64,000 nt of DNA from NCBI GenBank assembly GCA_040954595.2, contig CM082585.2, forward strand, positions 7,465,808-7,529,807. Reading direction: 5' to 3'. This stretch comes from Balanoglossus misakiensis (Eukaryota > Animalia > Hemichordata). Made by a program: the position numbers and the translations under genes. The notes beneath the pieces are model-generated. The model saw nothing but the letters and a program-made list of their open reading frames with translations, was not told the DNA's origin and ran no database searches. Shown in pieces: positions 47,501 to 60,400 of the stretch. Numbering within the stretch: position 1 is the stretch's first letter; every line of letters starts with the position of its first letter.

Positions 47501-50500
47501 CTGCACCCTATGATTACTTTGTGCCATTTGATTAAACATGCGATATATAGCTACATACCAAAATGTGAAAGGCTGTGACTGGGTGAGAGAACTTTGTTCT
47601 ATGGATCATCAAGTACAGTTTCTTTTTTAACTCCTTGAAACATGTTTAAATGCCCGACTATGAACAAATGAAGTTCACAAGTAAATTCAGTTGTAACCTA
47701 TTACAACTCGTTCAAATCAGCTGTTGCTTTTTCACTGGTAGCGATATCTTGTTTTCTTTAAAACTGAAGTCATTTTAAAAAACAACAACTCATTTCCACA
47801 CATGGCATTTGTTACTATGACAGCCGCCAAGCGTTTGTAATGAGAACCACATATGCAGTAAGTTATTTCGGCTACGTGGTGGTTTTCTGAATGTCCAAAC
47901 CAAAGGCGATATTCTGGTGAGTGCAAAACATCGAAATAGGTGACCTTACGTATTTTTGTGTTGTGCCTTTTGCTCTCCCAAATGTTAAAGTGGACATTAA
48001 GGTTATGCTTTTCAGATGCGGAGCTGCAGCTCCTCGCAACGAGACGTGATCGACAAGCACTTCTCTAATTCCCCTGTTCCTGTAAACGTTTATTTTATCC
48101 ATGTTAATGACCCGGGTAATATATCCCTTCTTTCCAAGCCGTTCTTATGGGAAATGATTTGATATCGAGACTGTCTAACATGTGGTGGGTGCTGTTCCAC
48201 CAAGTAAGGCCAACACCAAAAGAATGTATTTTGTCTTCATGGAAAAATTAAATTAATCCTTTTCATCTATAAATTTGCAGCAAAGCGAGAGCAAAATATA
48301 TCTTGTGTGTGTGAATTTTTAGCGTTTAGTTTAATGATATATTCAACCATTGTCCCTAGAGAAAGGGTCTATCCTGGGCAACATATCCTGGGCCAGTTGT
48401 ACATGCATTCTATCTAAGGGTACACTGATGAAGTCATCGTTTTTTTGTTCTACGTCTGACTGGTGATCTTTATCCCTACATGAATGTCAAGAACCCACTC
48501 AAGTTTCAACGTTGCCTCTTCAAAGTATTCGTGGGCTCCAACAAACACTTCAGATCAAGTGTCAGCTTATCGGATTAGTTCCCAATGTCAAGCATGCAAA
48601 AATGTCCCCATCCACATTCAGGCGTTTGAGAATTGTTTTTTCCATCGAATTCCACAGACAATTATCACAGCAAGGCACACATAGCTTCAACTCGTTCGAC
48701 TGAAATGACCAGAAGGCTTTGGAAATTTCTTTCACTGGCAGATATATATAGTCCAGTCGTCATTTCAGTTCACAACGAGGTTTTGTCGTTAGATAGTGCT
48801 TTCAGCCTGTAAAATCCCTTTCCCGGAAATTTCAGGGAAACGTCACAATTAGTGTAGGTAGTGAAGGAGAGAGCTTTGATCCATTTTATTGATTGATTAG
48901 TTGATTGATTAGTTGATTGATTGATTGAAAGACTGTTTGAGTAAGTCATTGAATGAATGAATGAATGAATGAATGAATGAATGAATGAATGAATGAATGA
49001 ATGAATGAATGAATGAATGAATGAATGAATGAATTGAATTGAATATTGGATGAATGAATAGAAGAATGGATGAAAAGTCAGAAATGACAGCCACGCCCAC
49101 ATACACCACCAGGCGAGTGTTTATATTTGGAAACATGGTTGGAACTCGGTGTATGTCATTACCCCAGGTCTAGACCTGTTCCACTTGCGGGAAGAAAATT
49201 CTAAAAATGTCGTACTTTGGGGGAAAAACTCAAAAAATGCCATTGCATCCAGACGGGCGACACAGATATGCAAATCGTTTGGCACCTTTCCGCTGCACAG
49301 GATTTTTTTTTCAGCACACGTAATTCAGTCGCGGGCCACTTGTGTTACTTTATTTGCAATACACCCATTCATCAAGTTGCTTGGAGGGGAATGAACGGGG
49401 GTAAAAAACCACCACTTCATCTATACACGCTCCAGCGAGTTGAAATGCGGAGTTTAATCCCTCCGTTCACAATCACAAAGTGCCTTGCGCGGATGTTTTG
49501 ACATGACGTGAAGTGGCTGGCGGTGGGTGAACAGAAGTCACTTGTTCGCTTCTGTGTATGTGTGGCCGCGTTGACACACACACCGAGGAAATTTGCTTTC
49601 TTGATTTGAAAGAATGCGACCAATGGGTTTGCGGACCCCTTTCCTCTGCTTTGAAGGAAGACCCTCAATGCATCATGTGACGATAAGCGTTGTACCCATG
49701 ATACTTTTCGAAACCATTGACACAACATCACTAAAAATCTCCATCTCGCCACTGACCCCCCCCCCCCCCCCTCCCGAAATCGCGGCCATAAATCCACAAC
49801 CAAATGCATACGTTTACCACTTTTACTGTCTGAATTTCTCGGATGTTTGTCGAATACTCAGCACTTATTCCTATTAATACGACATAAATGGGCGCCCATA
49901 CTTTTGAGAGTTTAAGATAAACCCTCAGCTTGTCGTCATGGCGATATCGAGGGCGCCATATATGAACAATATGGCATACAAAAGACCGACGGAACGATCT
50001 CGGGTTTCAAACTTTCAAAAGAATAAAAATTTAAAAGGCGTATCATATAAACCTGTCCAGACGCGGCAAAGATACAGCCACCCTAACAGTTACAAAGACG
50101 GCCACTCAAAGTGAAAGATCAAACACGAAACTAACACGCGGGGGCGACGCATTCATTTCTTTCCCAAGTGGGGTTTCCCGGGAGATAAAGTTTCCAACTT
50201 CTTCGCTGACAGGTACACTTCGTAAGATCACTCATCGACTTACACAATTTAAAAGCAGCTGAAAAATACACATTCTATACTGTTTTCCCTCGTGTGGTCC
50301 TTATAGGATATCCGAAATCACAACAAACATCAGAAGCCCTCTTAAGTCGTATACACCCATATCCCATTAGTGTCGGGGAAAAAAGTTTATCGAAATGCAA
50401 GATTTAGCCCTAAACATTAAGTGTACGAAAGGCCCTTTCATAATTCTTACTAAAATACTTCAAAGTTGTTTAATCTACTGTACAATGTAAAATTCATGTC

Positions 50501-53500
50501 AAAATGGCAGCACAAAAACATCCAAGGAAATCGAAACGTGTCGTCACGTGCTAACTGTCATGCTGGAACTTAGAGGAAATAAATACCTGTCAACTAAATC
50601 TTTTCAATGCTGTATTCCAAGACAACCAGACGTTAGACTGCGCTATGGCTCTCTTTACCTGGCGTAATATTACCCGCCATGAATGAAGCATTGTTCCCAA
50701 TGAACATTTGTATGTACGAGACGATGGTGCATGCTTGTGAACTAGTTCGCCTCTGTGGATTTTTCAGTTTTGACGGGATGTCATCGGAAATGAGCTCTTG
50801 CGAAAACAACCAACTAAACAAAACAGGTTAGCGTAACCTGTTGTAGGGCGAGGTCTCAGTAAGCCCTATAACACATCTACACTTTTCAAAGCTGAACTTC
50901 AGTCGCAACTTACATGGCTGCAGATTTTGTAGTTTTATGTTCCCAATGAAAATTCCTCTGCGGTCAACACGTTTGGAGAATAACGCGATCCAGGATATTT
51001 TATTAACCTCTTCAAAGAATCGGGTTGGCCTCCGTGTGGGACCTCCATTTTAATGTCAATTACTGGACCAAAGTAGAAGCAAATTGATTTCCATTTCTCA
51101 TGCCATAGGTGAAAGGAATTAGCAGGTCGATATCAGGCGAAGGAGGGGGGGGGGGTTAAATTGTGACTTTTAAAATGGAGTGAACGTCACCGAATTGAGG
51201 CCCGGCTCCCAAGAATGGTCTATTTTAGGATTTGTTCGTGAGACGACCTGGTTTACTCGCTTCCGTACTTTGTCCACATTCACTTGGCATGCGTGCGACT
51301 TGCAGGCCACTTGGCACTTGAAAAGTGCTTCGCCTACAAAGCAAAGTGCTTAACATACGACACAAACTGTGAAACATTCCAAACACATAGTTATGATAAA
51401 GTTGCCCTTGTCTAAGTCAGTTGCCCGTCCCTTTCTTCGTTACAACTTTGAACGCGTCATTGCTGCAGTGCATGCCATGCCATGCTGCGAAGATATCTCG
51501 TGAGGTGAGGCGACTGATCACCAACTATGACCCAATTAAAGTTAATATTCGTCTCCTGCGGTAAACAAGCTACGCAGGTCGAAATACAAATTTCTTCAAC
51601 TTTGGTGCGGTAACTCTGGATTCATCACAAATCGTTCTCAGACTTTCCATATTGCTTATTGCTGATTTCTGCCTGATTGTATCAAAGTTCACAAGTGCGG
51701 AACGTAGCAGTACAGTCCCGGACAGCAGCTCAGACAGGGATATTATTTGTGCCCATGAAACGCGTAAAAAACTCTTTTTGGCTGTAAACTCTGTTGGCTG
51801 TCCCCATTAGTACATCATTGTCGAGTAGTTAACTGCCCTTAATGAGTTTGACATTCATGCTACAAGTGGCAGAGTCGATTACAGATATTGCGCTTCTTGA
51901 GGATTTTGATAAGTTCACATGCCAGGTAGTGGCATTTAGTCGTTTGGAGGAGCTGAAAAAGAAATGTACTTGGTACGAAAAATAATAATACTGTTTCAGC
52001 CTGTACTGGGATATTGAGAACACTTCAAGTGAGAAAAACGTCCGTGACATCAGATATCCCAGGCCACCGTGTCAAATCCTAGCTTCTGTGTGTTACTCTG
52101 ATTGCTATTTCAAGTGCAGGCACGCAGTCAGCAGGAGGTCTGCGGGCGGATAAATTCGCCGCTCTTGAGACTTCGGGACACGTTCGGAAACAACACGCAC
52201 GGTGGAGATCGTGTTTACGCTTTTGAAAGATTATGTCGTGAATTGAAGGCCGGCTTATACAGAGCCTCGCATGCGATATAGGCAAATTAATCTGGGTTTT
52301 ATGTAAATAAGCCTGGTGCTCGCAGACAACCGCTTGTGTATCCAGACACTTGCGTTGAAAGGTTGTTTGGGGACACTGAATGACCGGAAGTATTATCCGT
52401 TTCAAGGGGGCACAGAAAACCACTGACCCGAAAATTTGGCGGCAACAGTCGACCTTACAGCAAAATGAGTTGCCAAGAAAGACGTTTAGGAGTTAGGGAT
52501 ATGGAAAACGGGAACCAATTTCTAACAGCATTATTATGAATAACAAAATCTGTAAAGTAAAAATTCTAATGTGGCTATCACAACATTGGCTGTAACTTTT
52601 CGCTATGATTCCAGTATTTTTGTTTTGCGTAAAATCTACTGCGGTTTCTTGTTCAAATTCCGAAACTCGAGACTTCATTCGAGTCCCCGTTCCTAGATTT
52701 AGGAGTTACAATAAAGTCGTTTGTTTTCAGTTTTGTAAAATGTCCGTGGGGCAAATTGTCTAGCTTGCCCCAGCCACAACCCTCGAAAACTGCACGTGTC
52801 AGAACGAATATTTGTAAAGTTGGACGGTAGGCACCAGGAGACGCAGTGTGCTCCATTGCTGCGCTGTACCGGCTCACGGATCATTGATCTGCGAAATGTG
52901 ATTTCCAAGTGTCGACGACCAGTGCATTTACAGGATTTTAAAATCCAGCTGGACCAGGCAGGTTGCCAGAAGGGCTTTCAGCGCACCCAGACGTCCCCCA
53001 CAACCATTCCACAAACATCATGCAATAATTCGGTAGCCCAAGGCTGGCCTTACAAGATTTAATGCAAGAGCGTTTTCCCCAATGTTCGACACAGGAGAAC
53101 CAAGAAACGATGTACACCTGGGGCAAGTTACACTGTGCAGAGCCGGACGAATATATACGAGACGACTTCATAACACATTTTCACACAAACGTGCCCGGAA
53201 AAACCAATTACCGTTAATCGTCATATGCTTCCAGTTAAAATAAAAAGAGGCCGTTAACGGTTATGGGAAGCGGAGAGTGGTCAAGGAAGACTGCCAACAG
53301 CAAGCAGATGAAGTAATGACGTAAGAAGGCGAAAAAGTACATTATTGTCCTGTGGCTGGTTCACAAAAGTAGCGTTTTGCCGACATTTGAAACTCTCCAC
53401 CGCTCGGGTGTCGTCTATCCAGGTGAAAACGAGGCACGCAGTTGGTATGGTGATTAACCAAGTCTCGCGAGATCTCGCAGTAAGCGGGAAATCATATATT

Positions 53501-55239
53501 GTCAATATGTGGACGTTATATATCCTGCAGATAATACGACAGCCCGCAGAGCGACCCGAATATGCACTGAAGTATTTTCCCGTGTTGGTTGAGAACGGCA
53601 ACTCCTTGAATTCCTCACACAACTTTTCGTTCCACACCTTTCCTGGTGACTTCCGGTCGTGCAGAGATTTTGGGCTGGAATCTGTCGTCTCGACAAATTC
53701 TTTCCCCTGTCGCCATTACTACGCCCTGTGGGTGTTTGGCTATTTTAAGGATTTTCTTATTCGGTAGAATTCTGCTTGTTTATGGAAAACGTCGGCTGTT
53801 TTTGGTGTAAAGGGAACCCCGTTTGAATTCCGGGAGGGGAGCTAAATGCCAAACTGTTTAGGGCTACATTTGTATGTCAATTCTCCCGTCCAAATCTGCG
53901 AATACAGTGTTGTGTTGACTGATGATGTAAGGAAATGTGGCATGACATATTATAATGTGATATGATGTACTGTGATGTAAGGTATGGTAAAAGAGGCGTG
54001 TGAAAGCGCATTATTTGATGTGATGTGATCAAACGTGCTGCAGTATAGGTGAAAAGTTTGCGATACAGATCGCGTTTATGTTTCAGATATCATGAGAACT
54101 CCTGTGCATAAACCGTACTCTAAACTCTCACACATTCACAAAGTATGATGAAGGCACGTATCAACGTGTATGTTTAGGCGACCTAACTGCGTAGGATGAC
54201 ATCCGTGTAAACGTTTCATTTTCACATGTGTGTAGCACAAGAGTAATATCGACAATTTCATTCTGTTTTCGTTTCCGTAACAACAGTTATTGTAAATGCA
54301 GAAGAAACAGCGAGATGAGTTTATTGGGGATAGTGTGGCCATAAGTGCAGGGTGTCATAATTTGATAAGCGCCTGTCGTTTCCACTTGTTGCGTCTCATT
54401 TTAAAACATTACAGCATATTTGCGGACGCTGTTTTCTGTCTAGTCTGGCCGACAGGGACATCCATATGCTTTGCGTTTGGGGAATTAACTTGAAACGCAG
54501 ATGCCCTGATCACCGAATAAACTCGAAGGTCGGAGACCTTGTTGCAGCGGAAGGGTCTGTGCATGGGCGGCGAGACTGTATCAGGGCAGTTGTGTAATTC
54601 AATAGTCTAGCCAACATTTGTTGTGTAGACCTAAATTTCCAAGTGATCCCTCACGATTTCTGAGGAGAGTTACATACGCACACGTCTTTTCTGTATTTGA
54701 GCGTTGGTGCGAGTGGTTCCATTACATGGGAAATCCACGTTTTTTCGCCCAAATTGCCTTTCATTTGTTTTGTTTGTTTGTTATGAGTCATTAAGTCGGT
54801 CAGTCACACTTGTTGTCAAACCTGCAAATTCAGAGACTTTGAAGGGTTTATAACAGACCCGCCATTGTGGTTCACCGTCGCATTGCCGAAGTGACAAACT
54901 CCTTGCACACGGAGAAATAAACAAAAGTGTCGCATAATTTCACATATTCTGAGGAAGTGTTAATTCCCACCTTGCATGCACGGAGTCCCGGAAAAGTCCC
55001 AACCCTGACTCAAATCGTGCCCCGTGCCCGATGAAGTACACAGCGCGTGCGATGCATAAAACTTGGCCTACCTGGCACAGTTCATCCAAAGGCACGCATC
55101 CTTCATCGCCACTCCTGTCATCATCCTTAACTTCGAAGGGCTCGGTGGAGTGAGGCTTTCCATCGACACTTCCACGACCGAAGACGATGGCCAAACAGCA
55201 GATCAACAAGGCACCAGCACGATATCCCTCGGTTACCAT
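32361..55239 (-). CDS. Giant secreted mucin/proteoglycan-like protein with C-terminal fibrinogen-related domain, ~4320 aa: complement(join(32361..32579,32947..33104,33242..33377,33720..45907,46157..46250,55072..55239))
   Basis: Six exons with GT-AG boundaries and consistent intron phases (0,1,0,1,0), 12,963 bp in total. FReD motifs: VYCDM.T.GG.WTVIQRR, FERSWEEYAAGFG, GDFWIGN, YELRI, FRLKL, GDALSYHNGMQFST.DNDND, NCA, GFWFNSC..ANPNG, KMMIKP. The link to exon 1 is inferred from phase and signal peptide. Confidence 0.85.
32947..33104 (-). CDS. Exon 5: fibrinogen domain
   Basis: EMSDWERDTGVAVYSNFYVGNETDKFRLKLGKYVAGTHGDALSYHNGMQFSTM. Confidence 0.95.
33242..33377 (-). CDS. Exon 4: fibrinogen domain
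   Basis: TGINVNFERSWEEYAAGFGDLNGDFWIGNRLLHDITSIGDYELRI; not in the ORF track; canonical splice sites. Confidence 0.95.
33720..45907 (-). CDS. Exon 3: 12,188-bp exon, S/T/E/P-rich stalk plus start of the fibrinogen domain
   Basis: 4070-aa uninterrupted ORF; acceptor (T)n-ATGCAG ending 45908; donor GGA|GTAAGT at 33719. Confidence 0.95.
42013..42360 (-). repeat. In-frame 123-bp (41-aa) tandem repeat, two close copies plus one degenerate
   Basis: CCATCTCCAGATATTTCTCC at 42013 and 42136; EHTTSSSS.NLVSSQTKMTTQPFLMEGDV occurs twice. Confidence 0.93.
43000..43750 (-). repeat. In-frame 369-bp (123-aa) tandem duplication within the giant exon
   Basis: CCATCTCC[A/G]GA at 43000, 43369 and 43738; TGTACACTTGCAGCTCC at 43321 and 43690. 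Confidence 0.95.
46157..46250 (-). CDS. Exon 2 of giant FReD protein (CGC + heptad coiled coil)
   Basis: Strong acceptor tcttttctcatttcacag, donor G|GTAGGT; KDSDTCGCSDRLDIIHQHIHDIENMISIVLS; the phase-1 end matches the giant exon. Confidence 0.85.
48888..49072. repeat. (GATT)n followed by (GAAT)n microsatellite
   Basis: Directly visible; pure GAAT at ~48950-49032. Confidence 0.97.
55072..55239 (-). CDS. Exon 1 of giant FReD protein (signal peptide)
   Basis: MVTEGYRAGALLICCLAIVFGRGSVDG-KP...CVPLDELCQ; donor CAG|GTAGGC in phase 0 matches the next exon. Confidence 0.72.
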
Positions 55240-56114
55240 GGTAACACCTTGGGCCCGGCTCGAATCACGTCATGAGGAAACTTTGCTCTTTGTTCGGACA
55301 ACTTTTCTCATCGGACCAAAAAAAAAACTCGCCCAGAAAAAAAGATACAGCTCGCGATCGACTCGACTGGAGTGTTACCTCGTAGGATCCTCAGCTTTCT
55401 CCTGTATAAATGTCTGCAGGCTACAGAAGCTGCCCCCACGTTACCCGGGCGAGCAAGCCGACGAATATAAGAGAACTTTGTGAAAGTGCTGACCCCAACA
55501 CTCGACCTTAAGCTCTCCACCACATACCGCAAGATTCTCAACCCAAACGTCGCTACAGGGTGCTTACATTGTACGGAAGCCAAAAAAAAGCGAGTATCTC
55601 GCATCGATCAGGAGTCTTTATCGGCTCAACCAGATTTTCCGCCGATTTTTGTCTCTTGGAAACTTTCCCATTGGAATGTTTTTTAAATTAGCGGAATTAT
55701 GACGGAACAAATTAGGCTGTAGTGTTTTCGTGATTTGCTGTGGGCGAGATTACTGGAATCCTCCCCCGAGTGATTTGCGGAGACAGCGACCTGCTATAAC
55801 GGGGGTGGATACACTCCTGCACCCAGACACAATATTATTAACAGTCTCCGGTTCTAATTTTCAATTCAATGCGGCGGATTTTGGCTTCTTGTCACCCATA
55901 ATGGGGTGAAATGTTGTCCGCATCATTTGTAGGTTTAAGAAGCCCACAAAGGCCGCCCTTGTGACTGTAATCTATTAACGGGTCTTACACAACACACTTT
56001 TCATCAGCCCCGTGATTTTCAGGTACATGTATATTCATTCCAGGGACTTTCAAAAGAGTTTGAAACTCGCTCGAGGAAAACTGTCTCCGAGTATATCATG
56101 AGTATACTGGTGTT

Positions 56115-56185
56115 TAGCCTGGTCTCCATACCCAGTGTGTTTTAGATAGACTTGTGGGTGAGTCTATCTAAAACACACCAGGCTA
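56115..56185. mobile_element. 71-bp hairpin element with TAG...CTA termini and 9-bp TSD (AcademH-like, non-autonomous)
   Basis: TAGCCTGG...CCAGGCTA, an internal 18-bp perfect stem, and flanks ACTGGTGTT / ACTGGCGTT. Confidence 0.75.
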
Positions 56186-57372
56186 ACTGGCGTTCTATCT
56201 TCACAGAACTCTAACGCGCGTTGCAAGCTTGGTGACGTGTTTATCAAAACCGCTCACATCTGTGATTATTTGTCATTAACGTAACGCCAACTCGATCTGT
56301 TTACAGTTTTCCCCGCGAAATATTTTAGATATGCTGCCGTGATAGGCGGCAAGCATCGCGGATGCCGTGTTCTCTCCCGTGACCTCTGCCCAAGTTCACA
56401 GCGGCTGTCGCTGGGTCGCCGCAAGGCTGGAAGTGCGCTCAGGCTGCAAGTTCACGAAAGTACACGCAATTTGATGACGACCACCATGCATAGCGGTGTC
56501 ACCGAGCACGCCTCTGAAAAGTTTAGCAGGAGTTCTTGTCCTTAAACGAGGCTTTGTTTTCTTTCCGTCAGGGGAAACTACAGAAATAAACGGGTCTTTC
56601 CAGTTTTGCGCCTTCAGCTACGTCTGGGTGCTTTGTATGAACTCAGGGCAACTAGAGAGATACCAGTATTGGCCATATGCTCAGATCTGCCCCAGACGAC
56701 AGATGTATATATACGTCACCAACTCGCAATTAGACTGACAAGTAGTTGTTTCCGAGTTCATGAGTGCTACTGCTGTAGCATCCCTCAAATGTTTAATTGA
56801 TTGAGAGTAAAATAAAGTTCGGCGATCTAAATCCAGAAATCACTATGTTGACCGTGGAAGAACGTCACATATAGCAAACGGGGTTTAAAGGCGAGTGGGC
56901 TGTTTCAATATAATGAACTGTATATTTCAGTCATTAAGAAATGTATATAGCCTGTTATTCCCTTCGACCAACGGTGCCCGTCAGAGATTATTTATTTAGC
57001 CAAAACTGCGTACCAATTTAGCCCAATGGGTATTATATCGACGCCATACAGCAACGTGGTCAAAATATATCAAGTAATGAACCTGAGGCGATTGAAGCAG
57101 CCACTTTGGGTTGTATTGTTTATTTGAATTTGGAAACAAAAGAGGATTTCCCACAAAGATTCCTGCAACTGAAGACGAAATTTACCTAAACGACGAAAAT
57201 GCTTTCTAAACCAAATCGAACCCGACACCATAGGCCCCCCTGATGGCAAGCTGTTCCGATTGCCGGTTGATGTTTTTTTTTCTCTCAGATGTGGGCGGGA
57301 TGCAAAACGAACGCATATACCCTAAATAGGGTTTCTTTGATTTGGTTCGTTCTCCTTGCAGAAGCCACTTCA

Positions 57373-57388
57373 GTGGTGGTGGTGGTGG

Positions 57389-57421
<33 letters not shown>

Positions 57422-57455
57422 GGATGATGATGATGATGAGGATGATGATGATGAT
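57373..57455. repeat. (GGT)n(GAT)n microsatellite
   Basis: Directly visible. Confidence 0.97.
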
Positions 57456-60400
57456 GTGTCATTCATTAGACGACTTTGGGGCGACCGGTTTTGACCATAG
57501 ACTGCACATTCCCTCACTACTTTGCATATAAATGGAATAATAGCACCATTGAATACTTCGAGAGGAAAATTAAAAAAAAACTCTGGTATATAAATGTCAA
57601 ATAATATAAACAATTTTATGTATATATCAAAGAGATATACAATGAAGTCTCTGGTTTGAGTTAGTCAGACCACACAAGTGCTCTGGGACAAGTAACGCCT
57701 AAGTGACAGCCTCGGAGTGTTTCAAATGACACCTTCGTCATAACTCGGTGATATTCCGAAACTGTATTCTCATTTGTTTGACAACACATATATACTGAAG
57801 ATTCGAGTTGATGGGCTTTTCTCAATTTCGCGTAGTTTAATTTAAAAGTCTCTGAAAGACGCACGAAGTTTACTGTAAAAATGCACATCAGGAAAGACTT
57901 TCAAAACTTATCATCATATGACCTTGTTTGATTATTTTTTTGTGAAATAACTGACATAGAGGGCGCTGTTGTGTTCGAACAGGTTGCGAGTCGAGCAAGT
58001 GCATAACTGCCTTCTCATCTTCGCTGTTGAAAATGTCCTTTATACCAGCACAAGTCACGTGCAAACAGGTCAAAGTTATTATTGGGGTCATCACTACGAC
58101 AACACTGCACTGTGTACTTCAAGGCCAACTACATTTCGTATTTATGTATGCGTGTCTCCTTCCCTACACACCTTCACAGGTGTTTGTAAACACTGCCTTG
58201 CGCAACAAGAATACTAGTACACGTACAATGTATTCTGCAAAGGGCTTTTGAAACAAGGGTGCCCCCTTGAGTGCGTCATTCTATGAAGGACAAAAGTTGC
58301 GACAGGATTCACCATTGGTGGCGCTCTCATAAAAATGCATGCATTGCCTAAAATTTGGAGTAGGTCGATCCATTTTTACACCCACACTACACCATATTTT
58401 TGACTGTTGAACCCAGCTGTTGACATACACGTAGGTGCGAGCCCGAAGCATACAGATAGGTGTTTGTGTGTATAACATTATAAATTTGATAAAACTCATA
58501 CGCGCTGTGTTCGCGCGTATGACGCCGCCGATGTTTGCATTCAATACTTCTTTTCTGGAAAGTGTCAAACTAGTGTGTAAGTGAGAAGTCCATGACATCT
58601 TAAGCGTTGTTAAATTCGAAGAAATGCCCGAGAATTGAACATGCATATTGTTGAGTAATCCTTTGTCGGGCGTGACAAAGGATCGCCCGCATGTCTTGAC
58701 TTCTAAAAGACCGCCTTCTGGCGCTTTCACGCCCCGCGAATTGCAAACGTTAACGGTTTTACGGTGTTTGATAATCATGATTTTTTGTTTGGTGGGCCTA
58801 TGCGCTGCTGTTTGAAGTCTAATGATTCCGCAGAACATGAAATGCAAATGTACTGAATTTTACATGCTATTTTATTTCGGTTTATATTTTGTTTCACAAG
58901 ATGTAAAAACAAACTCAAAGAGACAGCCGTGTCGGGGGTAAAACGGCGCGTACTGTGTGTGTTTCTTATAACTCGTCCCAAAAATATATGTATGCTTTTC
59001 TTTTGAAATTATAGGCCAGCACCTGAGTTTTTCGCGTCTAAAGAGTAATGATAGATAAAAGTAACCTCTGCAAACAGTTACTGTAATAGCGCACGAAACG
59101 TAGAACTTCATAGACTTGTGAGCTCAGCCAGAAACTGCGGTTAATGCATAAGATATGCATGTAGTCCATATCTTGTGTGGAGTAAGTAATATTTCAGCGA
59201 GAGAGGAAAAAAATGATGCACGCATGATGATATTTTAAAAACTGAGCGCCTGGGCCACTGTGGTGCGCATCGCATGCACTGCGAAAATTCGATTTTCATG
59301 GGTGGTCCGTATTTCGGGGGAATACCGTTTTATTTATTTAGAAGACTTCAATAATCGCTGGGGTAGCCGCGCCCGCAGTCGCCGGTCGATATGCGACGGT
59401 GTAGTTGTTGTAAACACCGAATGATCTATGGCAGGACCAACTCGAAGACATAAACTGGGTCAGATTGGCGATTGAATTCGTTTTTGTCAAAACGAAAGTC
59501 AAATTGCGCTATCGTTTCTGTTCTTTTCTTTTCTTTACTTTATAGAAGACTTCCGTTTTCTTAATGAGATCTTTTTGTCCCACCCTGAATCAACTCGTAA
59601 GGAGCTTAAAACATCCATTGAAAAGTATGCCCACGACTTTCTCTGCAACACAAAAGTCGTTTTCTAAAGGATTTTGGAGACTGAAGGGTGTCGGCTGTCG
59701 TTTTAGCGGGGTACGGCCCGAGCGAGCTCGATGTAACGGCGTTCGTCACCGTCCATGATTAACTTCCGGTCCTGGCGTGAGCGTTCGTGCGTGAATCCTG
59801 CGTCAGAATTCCTACTCACGGTGAACTTGCACTATCTATCGATCGATCGGTGAATGACTTCACGCGATCGACCGATCGATCAATCAACTCCCGGCGATCT
59901 GTTTGCTTCCTTGTATTACTAGTACTTCACCGCATTGGCCTCTGCACCCATCGTCGCTATTAAAACAATTAAAATGACGATAGATGCGTTACAATTGCTA
60001 CGTGCGTCCGTCCGCGTTCATTCCGATGGAGCATTTCGCAGGGCCCTCGACACAAGCTCTGCTTAACAAAACTAGTGTTAACACACAATTGTCACTTTAA
60101 GTAACACCTGTTGACAACTTTTTTATGTCATAAAAGTGGCGCCGAAACTTTAAATACTGTTTCGCTATTGTTGTTCACTCAAAGGGAAACCATAAATGGT
60201 ATTGTGTTAAGGGTACGGTTTCCAGACTCCCCTAAAATTACGGGTACCACCTACGTATTTCCAGTTCCAAAAAAATCGTTCAAATCCACCAGAATGTGTT
60301 TCTGGAACAAGAAGACTTTGTGTTCAGCCGTTGGTAGAAGCGCGAACTGTGTTTCAGAGGTTTTAGAAACCTCTACTACTTAACTGACCTGTTTCTATTT

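Noticed and set aside
48770-49136. (FIHS)n ORFs
   Set aside because: Artefact of the (GAAT)n microsatellite.
57206-57613. Poly-Ser/Pro and poly-Met ORFs
   Set aside because: Artefact of the (GGT)n(GAT)n microsatellite.
58281-58847. 188-aa minus-strand ORF
   Set aside because: No recognisable motif or splice support.
55600-60100. TEAD (CATTCC/GGAATG) motifs upstream of YAP, suggesting autoregulation
   Set aside because: About four hexamer hits in ~5 kb, close to chance expectation.
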